A stretch of 63,594 nt of DNA, counting the filler. It is 11 parts of 11 records of this genome, joined end to end, with 100 filler letters (N's around TTAATTAATTAA, not from the genome) between each part and the next. Parts side by side here need not be neighbours in the genome. Positions count along the whole stretch, not along the records: positions 6,140 to 11,285 come from SRR31147125_83682; positions 11,386 to 16,749 come from SRR31147125_83755; positions 16,850 to 22,336 come from SRR31147125_83815; 8 more parts are not named here. The stretch is one strand, 5' to 3'. The position numbers were made by a program, and so were the translations under genes. Below the pieces are notes generated by a model that was not told where the DNA came from, did not search any database, and saw only the letters and a list, made by a program, of their open reading frames with translations. Within the stretch, counting starts at the first letter, position 1. Every line of letters begins with the position of its first letter. Shown piece after piece: positions 9,872 through 21,400 of this stretch.

Positions 9872-11095
9872 TCATTGATCGTAATACTGCATGGTTGCAT
9901 TGGGAATCACCGCCACCTGGGTCCCGGGACCGAACTTGGCGCCGATGATTTGCATGGTGCTCTCCCAATCGCGGGTCCAGGTGATCTCTTCCGGATTGGC
10001 GAACCAGTCACCGAAAGTCTTGTCCAGGTGAGGTGCCATGATGATGAGATCGACACCGGGGATGGTGGTGACCGGATACTGGCGACCGCCATATCCTCTA
10101 CCGAAACGGCCCAGGAGATAGTGCACCACCTGGCCCTCGGGGGAGTTGGCCAGAACCACCACCGTACCGGTCAAGTCGGCAAGTGCCCTCATGCCGACCC
10201 CGGCGGCGATGGTCATTTCGTTGGCCTTGGCAAATGCGTTGGCGATCACCAGGGATTTGTCCTTCGGCCGCGGATCGGTGGCGTATACGCTCTTTGCCAA
10301 TTCAACTGCACTGGCCAGCACCGCCTCCATGCTGCCGGCGAACAGGGCCGTGGTGGCGCCGCGATCGTTGAAGAGCACATCGATCTTAAAATCCATACCC
10401 ACCAGCCGGGCTGCTTCAGCGATGTTGGCACGCATGATGTTGTTCTCGTATTTTCCAAGCCCGGTTGTCTCGGGCGCCTGTTGGACGACATCGAGATGGT
10501 AATGGCTGATGGTGTCGATATGGGCCACGCCCGGAAGCAGCAGTTTTCCGCCGCCTGAGAAGCCGGTCTGTGCGTGGGCCGTGACGCAACCGATACCGAT
10601 CTTGACGTCCGCCTCCATGACTTCCCTGTTAATCATCACCGGCGTGCCATAACTGGTCGTTCCCAATGCGACGCAATTTTCATATGGGTTGTGGTTGAAG
10701 ACACGGTAGCGCGCCACGATCCGGGCACCCAGCTTCTTGCGCAACTCGTGCTGGGTCAATGCGCCGTGTGTGCCCAGAGCGCAAACGAAGGTGATGTCAT
10801 CCGGATCGATCCCCCCCGCCTCCAGCTCCTTGAGAACAATGGGCGCCAACTCGTAGGTTCGGGTGGGGCGGGTCATGTCGTCGAAGACGATCACAGCCGT
10901 CCGTTTGTCCTTGGCAATATCACGGATGCGCGGCGATTCGATGGGCGCTTTGATGGCCGCCTCCATTTGCGCCACGGACATTGGCGGGCAACCGGCCCCA
11001 CGCATCGGGCAGAACTGAACCTCCCACTGGTCAGGCAGATCGATCTCAAGCGTCGTGTTTCCATACCAGAGCAACTGCGGCAACGGAATCCTCAT
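9872..11095 (-). CDS. LarA-family (nickel-pincer nucleotide dependent racemase/epimerase-like) protein
   Basis: DDMTRPT, ALGTHG, GTTSYGTPV, AHAQTGFSGGGKLLLPGVA, TISHYH motifs of the LarA N-terminal domain (DUF2088). Confidence 0.85.
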   Translation of the reverse strand: MRIPLPQLLWYGNTTLEIDLPDQWEVQFCPMRGAGCPPMSVAQMEAAIKAPIESPRIRDIAKDKRTAVIVFDDMTRPTRTYELAPIVLKELEAGGIDPDDITFVCALGTHGALTQHELRKKLGARIVARYRVFNHNPYENCVALGTTSYGTPVMINREVMEADVKIGIGCVTAHAQTGFSGGGKLLLPGVAHIDTISHYHLDVVQQAPETTGLGKYENNIMRANIAEAARLVGMDFKIDVLFNDRGATTALFAGSMEAVLASAVELAKSVYATDPRPKDKSLVIANAFAKANEMTIAAGVGMRALADLTGTVVVLANSPEGQVVHYLLGRFGRGYGGRQYPVTTIPGVDLIIMAPHLDKTFGDWFANPEEITWTRDWESTMQIIGAKFGPGTQVAVIPNATMQYYDQ

Positions 11096-11242
11096 CTACA
11101 CCCCTTTCCGGCGGCCTCCCATCGAAGCGGACTGTCAAAATACGTCAAGGAAGTGACGGATTTCGGCGATCCTTCGGGCATTCGAAAACAAGCCATTTTA
11201 TAACCAATTGTATTTATTCATGTTTTAAAATGCAGCCCAATG

Positions 11243-11258
11243 TGGCACGGCAGATGCA
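11243..11258 (+). promoter_or_regulatory. putative sigma54 -24/-12 promoter for a gene beyond the contig end
   Basis: TGGCAC-N5-ATGCA. Confidence 0.55.
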
Positions 11259-11285
11259 TTAGCCATATACCGGAAGCTAACTTTT

Positions 11286-11385
11286 NNNNNNNNNNNNNNN
11301 NNNNNNNNNNNNNNNNNNNNNNNNNNNNNTTAATTAATTAANNNNNNNNNNNNNNNNNNNNNNNNNNNNNNNNNNNNNNNNNNNN
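11286..11385. other. artificial contig spacer
   Basis: N-run with TTAATTAATTAA. Confidence 0.99.
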
Positions 11386-12345
11386 TTTTTTTCTACACCG
11401 ATTTTGAAGAAACGGTGGATTTGGCACAATTCAGAAAGGTCTCTTTTTTTCAAGAGCTACTTTGTCAAAAAAAGTGGTGGTGAATCCCTTGTCCGACACT
11501 GCATACACGTTTTACGGACAATCCATTGTTTCAGGCGGTAAAGTGATTGCTGTTCTAATGCTTTTTGCAAGGGAAAAAAATGCATTTGATCCCTCTCATC
11601 TCACTTTTTACAATGTGGTTTGTGAACACTTTTATAATAGTATGGTTTTTTTGCGACTCTATTACGGAAAGTTAAATGAAGAGAAGCAGATGATTCAGAT
11701 GAGTCGATTTTTCTCGAAAAATATCATCGGTGAGGTCATTAAAAAAGGAAAGTTGAAGCTGGGGGGACAGAAACGGTCTGCGGCAGTCATTTTTATCGAT
11801 TTAAAAGGCTTCACGACATTCTCGGAATCGATGGAGCCGGAAGATGTAATTATTTTACTCAATCGATTTTTTCCTGCATGATTCCTGTTATTTTCAAAAA
11901 TGGGGGGACGTTGGACAAATTACTGGGTGACGGCATTATGGCTGTTTTCGGTGCACCTTTGGAGGATCCGAATGCATGTCTCCATGCCGTTCAAACCTCT
12001 CTTGAGATGTTCATCACATTAAAAAAACTGAATCGCGATTTTGCAGATGAGGGCATATCCCTCGACATGAGTGTCGGTATCAACTTCGGTAAGCTTGTTG
12101 CGGGGCTTATGGGCTCTCACGAGCATATGAACTACACGGTCGTGGGGGACACGGTGAACGCGGCACAACGAATCCAATCTTTGGCGGAAAGCAATCAGAT
12201 TCTGGTTTCGGAAGCGGTTTGGAATAAAATTCAGCCTTATATCGATACCATTGAAGAGATCAAAGAGGTCACGCGTCTTGACAATGTAAAATTAAAAGGA
12301 AAAGAGAAAGAGGTCACGCTTTTTCAGTTGGAGCCCAATGTTTGA
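11386..12345 (+). CDS. GAF + class III adenylate/guanylate cyclase (5' partial; frameshifted near 11470 and 11870)
   Basis: ORFs 11462-11881 (FIDLKGFT) and 11878-12345 (DKLLGDGIMAVFG, YTVVGDTVNAAQR) join at a T-run into one cyclase domain. Confidence 0.85.
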
Positions 12346-12392
12346 TGATAAGTTTTTTCAGCTAATCGATCAAAAAATGTAGGAGAATAATT

Positions 12393-13387
12393 ATGGTCAA
12401 CACGCCATTCAAAGCCCTGATCGTTGAAGAAGTATCCAAAAATGAATTTCGTCGGTTCATTGGTGAAAAACAGATTGATGCGCTTCCGGAAGGCGACTTG
12501 CTGGTTAAGGTCAATTACTCTTCATTGAATTATAAGGATGCCCTGTCTGCAACCGGTAATCGGGGGGTCACACGAAGATATCCCCATACGCCGGGGATCG
12601 ATGCATCGGGGGTGATTGAAGAGAGTGGGAGCAATGCGTTCCAGACGGGGGATGAGGTGCTGGTCACCAGTTATGACCTGGGTATGAATACCTCCGGCGG
12701 CTTTGGAGAGTATATCCGTGTGCCAGCGTCATGGGCCGTAAAGCTCCCGTCCGGATTGGGACAAAAAGAGAGTATGATCCTTGGAACGGCAGGATTTACT
12801 GCAGGAATGTCTGTCCATTTTATTGAGCAGGACATTGCTCCAACAGATGGCGAGATTTTGGTGACCGGAGCGACAGGCGGAGTCGGAGCTATTTCGGTAG
12901 CGCTGTTATCGCAGCTGGGATACAAGGTGGTGGCGGTTTCCGGAAAAGCCGATGCCGCTGATTTTTTGACTCAATTAGGTGCAGAGCGTATCATCGGACG
13001 TGAGGAGGCGGCGGAAGGAAGCGGGCAGGCCATTCTGAAATCTCGATGGGCAGGGGTTGTGGATACGGTCGGTGGGGAGATCTTGTCTGCAGCAGTGAAA
13101 TCCACCAATCCCTGGGGGTTGTCACCTGTTGCGGACTGGTGGCTTCTCCGGATCTTCCGTTGACCGTATTTCCATTTATTCTGAGGGGAGTGAAACTGGT
13201 GGGGATCGATTCTCAAAATTGTCCCATGCCTCTTCGATCAACTATATGGCAACGGTTTTCCGAGAAATGGCATCTTACCTTTCCTGATGGATTTTACAAA
13301 GAGATCGGTCTTGAAGAGCTGGAGAGGAACATCGAGACGATTCTTCAAGGTGCTCAAAAAGGGCGTGTCGTGGTAAAAGTTGCGTAA
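12393..13387 (+). CDS. yhdH: YhdH/YhfP (acryloyl-CoA reductase-like) quinone oxidoreductase, frameshift at G-run near 13115
   Basis: YSSLNYKDAL, PGIDASG, GTAGFTA, TGATGGVG; C-terminus TVFPFILRGV...GRVVV lies in the second frame. Confidence 0.9.
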
Positions 13388-13476
13388 CGCTTTAATATAC
13401 AAGGCTCTTAATGGGTGGAGTATCTCCGAACTTTCATCGTAGAGAAAGGTGAGTCTGCCGTACCCGATACGTTATT

Positions 13477-13739
13477 ATGGTCTCTTTGATTGTCATACTG
13501 ACTTTTTTCTGGATGATTGTGCTGCTCTATCCCGCATCCATTCTGCTCTTATCTTTTGGTGCCTATTTGATGAAAGTGTTTGGGGAAAAAGGGGGGATGA
13601 TGCATCTGAAATGCGGCGTCGAATCCGAATTGACGCTCAAAAGGATCATTTGAAAGAGATCATTTTCAAGGCGTTGGTGATACTGACTTTTTTTGTCATC
13701 TCACCATCGGTCGTCATGTTTTATTATTTTATGAAATAA
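13477..13739 (+). CDS. small hypothetical membrane protein, frameshift in G7 at 13591-13597
   Basis: MVSLIVILTFFWMIVLLYPASILLLSFGAYLMKVFGEKGG joins DDASEMRRRIRIDAQKDHLKEIIFKALVILTFFVISPSVVMFYYFMK. Confidence 0.55.
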
Positions 13740-13786
13740 AGGGCTTGTTAGGCTGTTTGGCCTGAGCTTTAGGGGAATATCTTGAG

Positions 13787-14236
13787 ATGTCCGTTGCATT
13801 GATTTGGTTTTTTGTCGGTCTTGCCTGTTTGGTTCTTGAGCTTATTCTGCCGGGATTCATCGTTATATTTTTTGCTTTCGGATGTTTTATCGCATCGCTC
13901 AGCGCATGGTTGCTGGACATCAGCCTCACCATTCAGGGATGGGTGTTTCTGCTCTCTTCATTGGTGCTGCTTTTGACGCTTCGAAAAGCAGGGCTTCAGC
14001 TCTTGAGAGGAAATATTCAAGGGAATGTTGCCGATGAATATATTGATGCCAAGGTTGGAAAACGGGCGCTTGTTACCAAAGGCATTTCTCCGGAACACCC
14101 TGGAGAAATCAAACTGATGGGGAGTTTCTGGCGTGCGGTTTCCAGCGAGATCATTGAAGAGGGAAAAACCGTAGTGGTTGAAAGTAAAGTGTCGGAGGAT
14201 GGCCTTACGTTCAATGTAAAACCGTTGGATATGTAG
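13787..14236 (+). CDS. NfeD-like short membrane protein (YbbJ type)
   Basis: 3 TM helices plus OB-fold C-terminus (GEIKLMGSFWRA); directly upstream of the SPFH gene. Confidence 0.9.
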   Translation: MSVALIWFFVGLACLVLELILPGFIVIFFAFGCFIASLSAWLLDISLTIQGWVFLLSSLVLLLTLRKAGLQLLRGNIQGNVADEYIDAKVGKRALVTKGISPEHPGEIKLMGSFWRAVSSEIIEEGKTVVVESKVSEDGLTFNVKPLDM

Positions 14237-14405
14237 ACGTTTATGTGATTGCGTTTAATACTCTCTCAATCGAGGGCATTGTCTCATAGTTGGGAGTAGC
14301 TGCTCATGGGGGGGATGAACATTTCACGGCCAAAGCTTCATGGATTCTAAATGTGTTGTTTGGGCAATTGGATTGGACATGGCCGTACCATTGAAGGGAG
14401 GAGTT

Positions 14406-15344
14406 ATGACAGAGTCCTTGTTTGTGATTGGCGGAATTGCCGTCATAGTCATCGTGATTTTGGTGAAAACAGCGATTGTCGTACCGCAACGATCAGAATT
14501 TATCATTGAAAGTCTCGGGAAATACACCAAAACCATTGGTGCCGGATTCCATATACTGATTCCGTTTTTCGATAAAGTGGCCTATAAACGATCGTTGAAA
14601 GAAGAGGTGCTGGACATTTCATCTCAGGAGTGCATCACAAGGGACAATGTGTCTGTGGCCGTGGATGGCGTCCTTTATATTCAGGTGATCGACAGTAAGC
14701 TTTCCGCCTACGGCATTGATGATTATAAACGTGCCGCCTCCCAGTTGGCACAAACCTCTCTTCGTTCCGTCATCGGTCGCATCGAGCTGGATAAAACCTT
14801 TGAAGAGCGGGAAACACTGAATCAGCAGGTGGTTTTTGCCATTGACGAGGCAGCTGAAAACTGGGGGGTAAAAGTGCTTCGATATGAAATCAAGGATATC
14901 ACACCACCCCAGAGTGTCATGGATGCCATGGAAAAGCAGATGAAGGCGGAGCGGGAAAAACGGGCCGCCATTGCCACATCGGAAGGGGATAGACAATCTC
15001 GCATCAACCGCGCCCAAGGGTTGAAACAGGAAGCTGTGGAGGTTTCCGAAGGGGAGAAACAAAAGCGAATCAATGAAGCCCAAGGGCAGGCAAAAGAGAT
15101 CATGCTTGTGGCGGAAGCCACTGCAGAAGGAATTCGGAAAATTGCCGACGCATTGACCCTGAAAGGGGGGACGACGGCTGCCGGTCTTCGCGTGGCAGAG
15201 CAATATGTCGAAGAGTTCGGTAAGCTTGCCAAAGAGAACAATACCATGATTCTTCCTGCCAATTTAGCTGATGTGGCGGGTATGGTGGGGACGGCCATGT
15301 CAACGCTGAAGACAATTCATGACAAAGAGAAAAAAGAGGCGTAG
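14406..15344 (+). CDS. qmcA: SPFH/band 7 protein (QmcA/paraslipin type)
   Basis: CITRDNVSVAVDGVLY, AQTSLRSVIG, WGVKVLRYEIKDI, QMKAEREKRA; start set at the ATG after RBS GGAGGAG. Confidence 0.92.
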   Translation: MTESLFVIGGIAVIVIVILVKTAIVVPQRSEFIIESLGKYTKTIGAGFHILIPFFDKVAYKRSLKEEVLDISSQECITRDNVSVAVDGVLYIQVIDSKLSAYGIDDYKRAASQLAQTSLRSVIGRIELDKTFEERETLNQQVVFAIDEAAENWGVKVLRYEIKDITPPQSVMDAMEKQMKAEREKRAAIATSEGDRQSRINRAQGLKQEAVEVSEGEKQKRINEAQGQAKEIMLVAEATAEGIRKIADALTLKGGTTAAGLRVAEQYVEEFGKLAKENNTMILPANLADVAGMVGTAMSTLKTIHDKEKKEA

Positions 15345-15382
15345 AAGTGGAAAAAGAGACGCTACAGTGAAGGAGGTGCGCC

Positions 15383-15766
15383 ATGGGAAAGCCGAAACCG
15401 GTAAATGAAACGGCACAACTCAATGACCTGAATCGGAAATGGGAACAAGCCCTGAAACTCACCGAAGATGCGGTGGTGAGACGACCGGAGGTCTATGGGG
15501 AGTTAAAGGCGATCATATTGAAAACCATTGCAGCGCCTTTAGATATCAGAGACTATTTTCCCACAGCCGAAAAAATTGTCGCACTGTTGACATGCCTGGA
15601 TCCTGTGGGAAAGGGGACGATATTTCACCGGTTTGTAGAGCCGATGTCTCCCTCTAATATCTGGCATGTCAAATGGATGAGAGCAGAATGTTTGGATTTG
15701 TTGGATCATTTGGGCGCATTTGAGCAGTGGCGTAAAACAAAACGTCGGTTGCGCGTGGTGCGATGA
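15383..15766 (+). CDS. hypothetical protein
   Basis: 127-aa ORF with strong RBS AAGGAGG. Confidence 0.7.
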   Translation: MGKPKPVNETAQLNDLNRKWEQALKLTEDAVVRRPEVYGELKAIILKTIAAPLDIRDYFPTAEKIVALLTCLDPVGKGTIFHRFVEPMSPSNIWHVKWMRAECLDLLDHLGAFEQWRKTKRRLRVVR

Positions 15767-15930
15767 TCGGTATCCATCGGAAATGGCGGGGGAGGGAGTC
15801 GGTGAAGAATTCGGAAGTTTTTTGATCCGGTATTTATTGGTCGTGGGGGGTGACGGAGAGAGAGAAAGCCCCAGCAGAGGAAGGAATGGTGCGCATTATC
15901 CGTTGAGGCCTTGTGATCTGATTTTCAATG

Positions 15931-16626
15931 TTATTCTTTAGTTGACTCTTTGGAGCGATGGTCTGCAGAGTGCTCTTTGATCATTTTTCGGCATAAAGCC
16001 GTTTTCTCGACAGCCTGCTTTCCCGCGTTGGTGTCTGGATAATTTGCCGCAATCCCTTCAAACCTCTTTAATGCCGCTTTATAATGTTTCGTCTTTAAAT
16101 AGAACTCCGCGACATACGCTTCATGGTCCGCAAGAGAGTTGACGCACGTTTCAATTTTCTTCCCGGCTCGTGCGCTGTGTGGATCTTTGGGAAAACGCTG
16201 AATTAACCTCTGAAACTGTTCGATGGCTTTTCTTGCAGGGGTTTGATCTTGATCAATATGCGTGAGCCGTTTATACCAGCACATGCCTTGCTTATAGATA
16301 ATGTACGGAATGGTCTCATTTTTGGGGTGGAGGTTTTCAAATTCCTGATAGGCGACAATCGCCTCTTCATAAGATTCCAACTTGTAATGGGCATCTGCAA
16401 TTTTCATCTCAGCCAGGATGGCGTATTTACTGAAAGGATACCAGTCCCTTAATGTGGTAAAGGCTTGAATGGCACTATTGTAGTTCTCATCTTTGAATTC
16501 TTTCGTTCCCTCCATGGCCAATTCCTGTGCTGTTTTTTCCACGTCGGATCCGCTATCTTCAAACCATGCGCATCCGGAAAAAGAAGAGACGATGAAAAGG
16601 GAAAGTGCAATAAGAAAATATCTCAT
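15931..16626 (-). CDS. bamD: outer membrane protein assembly factor BamD
   Basis: Lipobox FSGC, TPRs, YPFSKYA, F..LHP, DQDQT, LADHEAYVAEFY. Confidence 0.93.
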   Translation of the reverse strand: MRYFLIALSLFIVSSFSGCAWFEDSGSDVEKTAQELAMEGTKEFKDENYNSAIQAFTTLRDWYPFSKYAILAEMKIADAHYKLESYEEAIVAYQEFENLHPKNETIPYIIYKQGMCWYKRLTHIDQDQTPARKAIEQFQRLIQRFPKDPHSARAGKKIETCVNSLADHEAYVAEFYLKTKHYKAALKRFEGIAANYPDTNAGKQAVEKTALCRKMIKEHSADHRSKESTKE

Positions 16627-16749
16627 AAGTCAATGCTTCCAAAAACAATCGATTGTTAGAGAATGCGGGAAAACCGCAAAAATTTGTAAAGAGCCTGTTT
16701 AAACATTCAAATTCAGACTCTAGTACACTTTGGCGTAAATTTTCATACG

Positions 16750-16849
16750 NNNNNNNNNNNNNNNNNNNNNNNNNNNNNNNNNNNNNNNNNNNNTTAATTA
16801 ATTAANNNNNNNNNNNNNNNNNNNNNNNNNNNNNNNNNNNNNNNNNNNN
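16750..16849. other. artificial contig spacer
   Basis: N-run with TTAATTAATTAA. Confidence 0.99.
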
Positions 16850-18216
16850 TCATCATCATCATCACCTTCTTCTTCTTCTTCTTCTTTCCCTTCTTCCCTC
16901 TCTGTTTCTTCAATGGATGGAAAGGCGGTCTCTAGACATGTCCTCAAGCCCCGTGTATAGGATCCTAGTGATGATACTGAACCGTGTGATAACAAGGGCC
17001 TGAATGGGAATGCCATTCGCTCAAAAGGAAAGGAGGAGGAGGGATCGCGTATCGCGTACAGAGATCCTGATGACATTGAACCCGTTCGCGACCTGGCCGT
17101 CGTGTCACTGGTAGAAAATCCTTGTGTTGTGTCCCAGTGGCACCGATCCTCATTCATGGTCAAAGAATCTTGGGTTCCCATCCGGCCTACGTGTACGATA
17201 GGTCCTCTTTGCGAGGTCCACGTGACTTCGGGCACCGGGAAGGAGGATTCACTTTCCGACGTGCCTCCTCTGTTTCCTTGTGGCGTCAAACACCCGATCC
17301 ACCAGGATCGCCAAACTACACACCCGATTTGGAGTCGCAGAGGCAGATCTCTGTGTAAAAACTGGGGAGCAACACTGAAGGAGAGCTCGAAGGTACCAGG
17401 TGGAACGTTGCCGCCAAAGGTGACACTGCATCACGGTAATGAATCTGGATCACGCATCACCATCCTGCGAACGCACCTGTATGTACCCTTCTTCACTTCA
17501 TGAACGAGACGTGTTGGACTACTCCTTTGTTCCAGACTGGCTTGTAGCTGTGCGAATTGGGGATCCACAGGTGCCCATCGGACACATAGAGAGGCAGAGT
17601 GAGACACATTCTCGGTTGCTGGATTCGCGATGAGTTCCAAGACAACTACCCCAGAATATGAATGTCAGTTCTGAAACCATAGCATATCAATCCAATTCAT
17701 CACCTCTTCTGTGTGAGGGGCGTGGGGAATATGTCACAGCACTCCAGATAAGATGACGTGTCTGAATAAGGACATTCATCACCCTGATCATGGCTTAACC
17801 ACAAGAACAAAGTTCTCACCATGGAAAGAAAGGTTGGAAGACCAAGTTGGTGGCAGTGAAGGTCAACGGACGCCGGAGATGGGATCGAAAGCTACTCATG
17901 ACACGAGAAGGTGATTCACGCACCCTCAAGACGAGCCACGTACCTCCTCGGGACGTAATCCACACAACCGCGCCAGTTCCCGTGCACGGTCCATCGGATT
18001 GGTGTCCGCCAGCATCCGAGGCAACTCGTTCATTGCACACGGAGAATCGAAGTCAGCACTCTCGACTATGTGTCGCAAGATGCTGGCGGCCGTACGAAGT
18101 GGTGTGGCCTTTGCAAAGTGTGACTCGTTTTGTCGCCATCGCCACCAACTGATTGTCACCACGACAAGGAACAGAGCCACAAGGATTGATGGGGAGGCTA
18201 TGGCAAGCACATGCAT
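16850..18216 (-). CDS. eukaryotic spliced gene (3' partial): N-terminal signal anchor, possible filamin/Ig-like segment, acidic tract
   Basis: Kozak GCCGCCATG at 18216; MHVLAIASPSILVALFLVVVTISWWRWR; removing at least 5 GT-AG introns of about 50-60 nt restores the frame, giving KGTYSVTFGGNVPPGTFELSFSV and EEGKEEEEEEGDDDD. Confidence 0.6.
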
Positions 18217-18494
18217 GGCGGCCAGCAATCGGTTTGCCGTGGAAAAGTCCCTTGTCTCGAGATACTTGAACGTACGCTCCTCTTCTTTTCGGTATTGGAT
18301 GAATGGATTGCGATGGTTGTGGGTGGAGTGGTGGTGAAGGAGGAAGGAAGGGAGGGAGGGGACATGGCACCCCCACCCAAAAAAGAATTGATAAAAATAG
18401 AAGAGAATCATGTGATCGTTGAAGAGGATTGTATGAGGGTGATGTGACATGATCCACCCACCACCTTGTTCTTTGTAGAATACATTGATTGAAC

Positions 18495-21400
18495 TCACGC
18501 ATGTATGCCAAGTAGGAATGCCATAGAAACAAAGAGAACGAGGAAGGTGAGGATGAGGCACTCCTTCAGGGAGGGAAGAGAGGCGGAATTCACGTCCCTG
18601 AATGGATGAGTGGATGAGTCGTGAGACGGCTACGTGGGGGGAACGTACGGTAAATCTCCGGCAACACGTGCAAAAAGGGCGTGTTGGCCGTAATGGCAAA
18701 TACTTACAGTTAAGTTTCTGTGACGGACGATAAAGGTTCACAAGGGACACGGATCATATGGGTTGCATGCACATACGCCGCCTCAGCATCCCATTCATTG
18801 ATTCGCGGGGAACACTGAAGAGAAGACTCCTCCCAGGCACCGCCGTCTATGGCCCGATAGAGCTCCACAATAAGACCCGCCTGAACAAGAGACGTTGGGT
18901 GGGATGTGCAGGTGGGTGCCTCCTGCCTGCACACATACCTGAAGGACCGAAGGCACATCCAAGGCGAGCGTGAGTGGGGGAGAGAAGAGGGCCCCTTCCA
19001 CAGCACGATAGTCTGTGGAGGAGTGAGAGGTTGGTGAAACATGAATCTTCATACAAACCATCAATAGATGAAATCATTCCACGTCGCGAAGTGCTAGCCA
19101 GAACAAAGGAGTAGTGGAGATAGAGTGTTCCTCCGGGTCCTACATGAAAGGATCGGTCACGCGTGGTACAGCCAACCGAACACATGGTTGTACCATTGAC
19201 ACCGGGATCGGGATCAGATTCATCAGCCTTGCGCAGAGAAATCGTGCTCGTTGAACTTGGGGGTACCGTCACACACACTCCCACGTTCTCCGTGCTACAT
19301 ACACAAACAGAATTCACTTTTTCCACGATCATCAACAGAGTGTAATGCACCTTGTGCCCAGAAGTGCGATGTCTGTGTCAAAGCATGCAGTGGCGGGGTC
19401 ATTGGCATCTGGTTCCGGAAGTCCGTAGCTGCAAATCCCCTCCACACATTCAACCTGTGGATTCCCGTAAGTCTCCTCCCCCCTGCAATAAACCGCCACA
19501 TCTTCCCGATGCACCGTGCCACCGGTACTCGAGCACGTTCCGCATACACCACCACACGTATCGCCCCCACATTCCAGTCCGTCACACTTGGGACGACAAC
19601 TCGCTGCAACACATATCACATATGGGATGAGATCACACAACCGAGGAAGCGTCCCATAACGCACCGACACATCCACCCAGAGAGTTACAGGTCATTGCTG
19701 AACCGCACACCGATCCCTCTGGTTTGACAACGTCTGTGGGGCAGAGGGCGGATATTCCCGTGCAGTACTCCTACAATCCGATCCGATCCGATCAATCACT
19801 CAATGGATGGATTGAATTCCCCATCAACTCACGGAGATATCACAACCGCCCGGTTTGGCAGGACGGCACGCAAACCATGAACCGACAAATGCATCAGGTG
19901 GACATCCCGAAGCCTTGGGAAGATGGGTAGGAAATATGGGAGAAACCAGAGAGGCACGCCATACATACATGTCCCGTACAGAATTCCTGTGCATCACAGA
20001 TACCAACAGCCGGACGACACACGTAGGTAGACTGAGGAAACGTTCAGTGGGCACGAAGAATACAAGAATTTGACGGATCGCACCTGACGAAATCGGCAGT
20101 TGTGACAACAAACAGCAAACATGCCTGTAGCGGGGTTCACCTGTACATACATAGACAGATGAGGAATGCGCCGGCCCATCCCATAATAAGGGTAGAAGGT
20201 CACCCACCTCGCACTCTTCAGCCGACTCAAGCATCCCATTGCCACACACAGGCGAGGGTGAGGGAGTTCGACTTGGCGAGGGAGTCCTCGTGGGTGTTCT
20301 TGTGGGTGAGATGGAGATAGTGGGCGTGGGTGTTGGAGATTCCGAAGGTTGCAGGCAGTTTGGTGAATTGCCGCCACAAATGCCTGGAGAGGAGTTATCC
20401 ACAGACACCCATCTACACACCTACACAGAGAACATACCTCCCAGGGACGGTTCACCACAAGAAGTGCCTGCAGGGAGAAATCCATCCTGCAAATCAGAGG
20501 AGCGTTTGTGAGGATTCCAATCATCAGCTCCCAGGTAAAGGAAACACACCGTCGGACACGTGTCCGCCGTTCCCGTACAGAATTCTGATGTCATGAGGAG
20601 TGTCAGGTGGACAAGTTAAGTTGACCCAGTCCGTTAACCCACCCGCAACATCACAAAGACCCTGAACACTCCGACACTCTACAGATGGAGGGTTGAATTC
20701 ACATGTAGCACCGTTACAACACGGTCCAAACACTCCACCCGGAAAAACAGTGATCTGTCCATGGCGGCCGTGCGTGTCATATCAGTCCTGTGGATCGTGC
20801 GTTTGTACCTCACAATCTTCTCCTGGTTGCAGGATGGAATCGCCACAGCATGTTTCACCAGGAGGTGTGCATGTGCTATTGACGGCACACCAGAAACAGG
20901 GCTCGGGACAGGAACCCTCTGTGACAAAGGACGAACAGGCTAGGGAGAATTCGTGGGATTGATTGTCTGTGAGTTCAGACAGGTATACGTACCCAGACAC
21001 ACTCCGTTTCCATCGCAAATATCTTCACCGAGTTCCGTACAACTTGTTCCAAAGGCTGCCTTGGTATCCACTGGACACGCTGAACTGTTGCCCGTACACA
21101 TTTCTTCAACATCGCACACATCGAATGCAGCCTTGAGGACAGAAGATGAGAATCATCAATGAATTCACATTACGTACGTACCCGACAGACGGTTTCGTTG
21201 CTGGCAATGCTGCACGTCTCCACGAGACAGCAGAGATGATCGGCATCTGGTTCACAAACTTCTCCCTCTTGTGATATTGAGACGAGAGAATGTGTGTCAT
21301 CCACGTCTGTCACACCCCCACACAACGCATTCCATACCTTCAATGATACCGTTGCCACAGCAGATCTCCGTGGAATTTCGACATTCAAAGCCATTGCACC

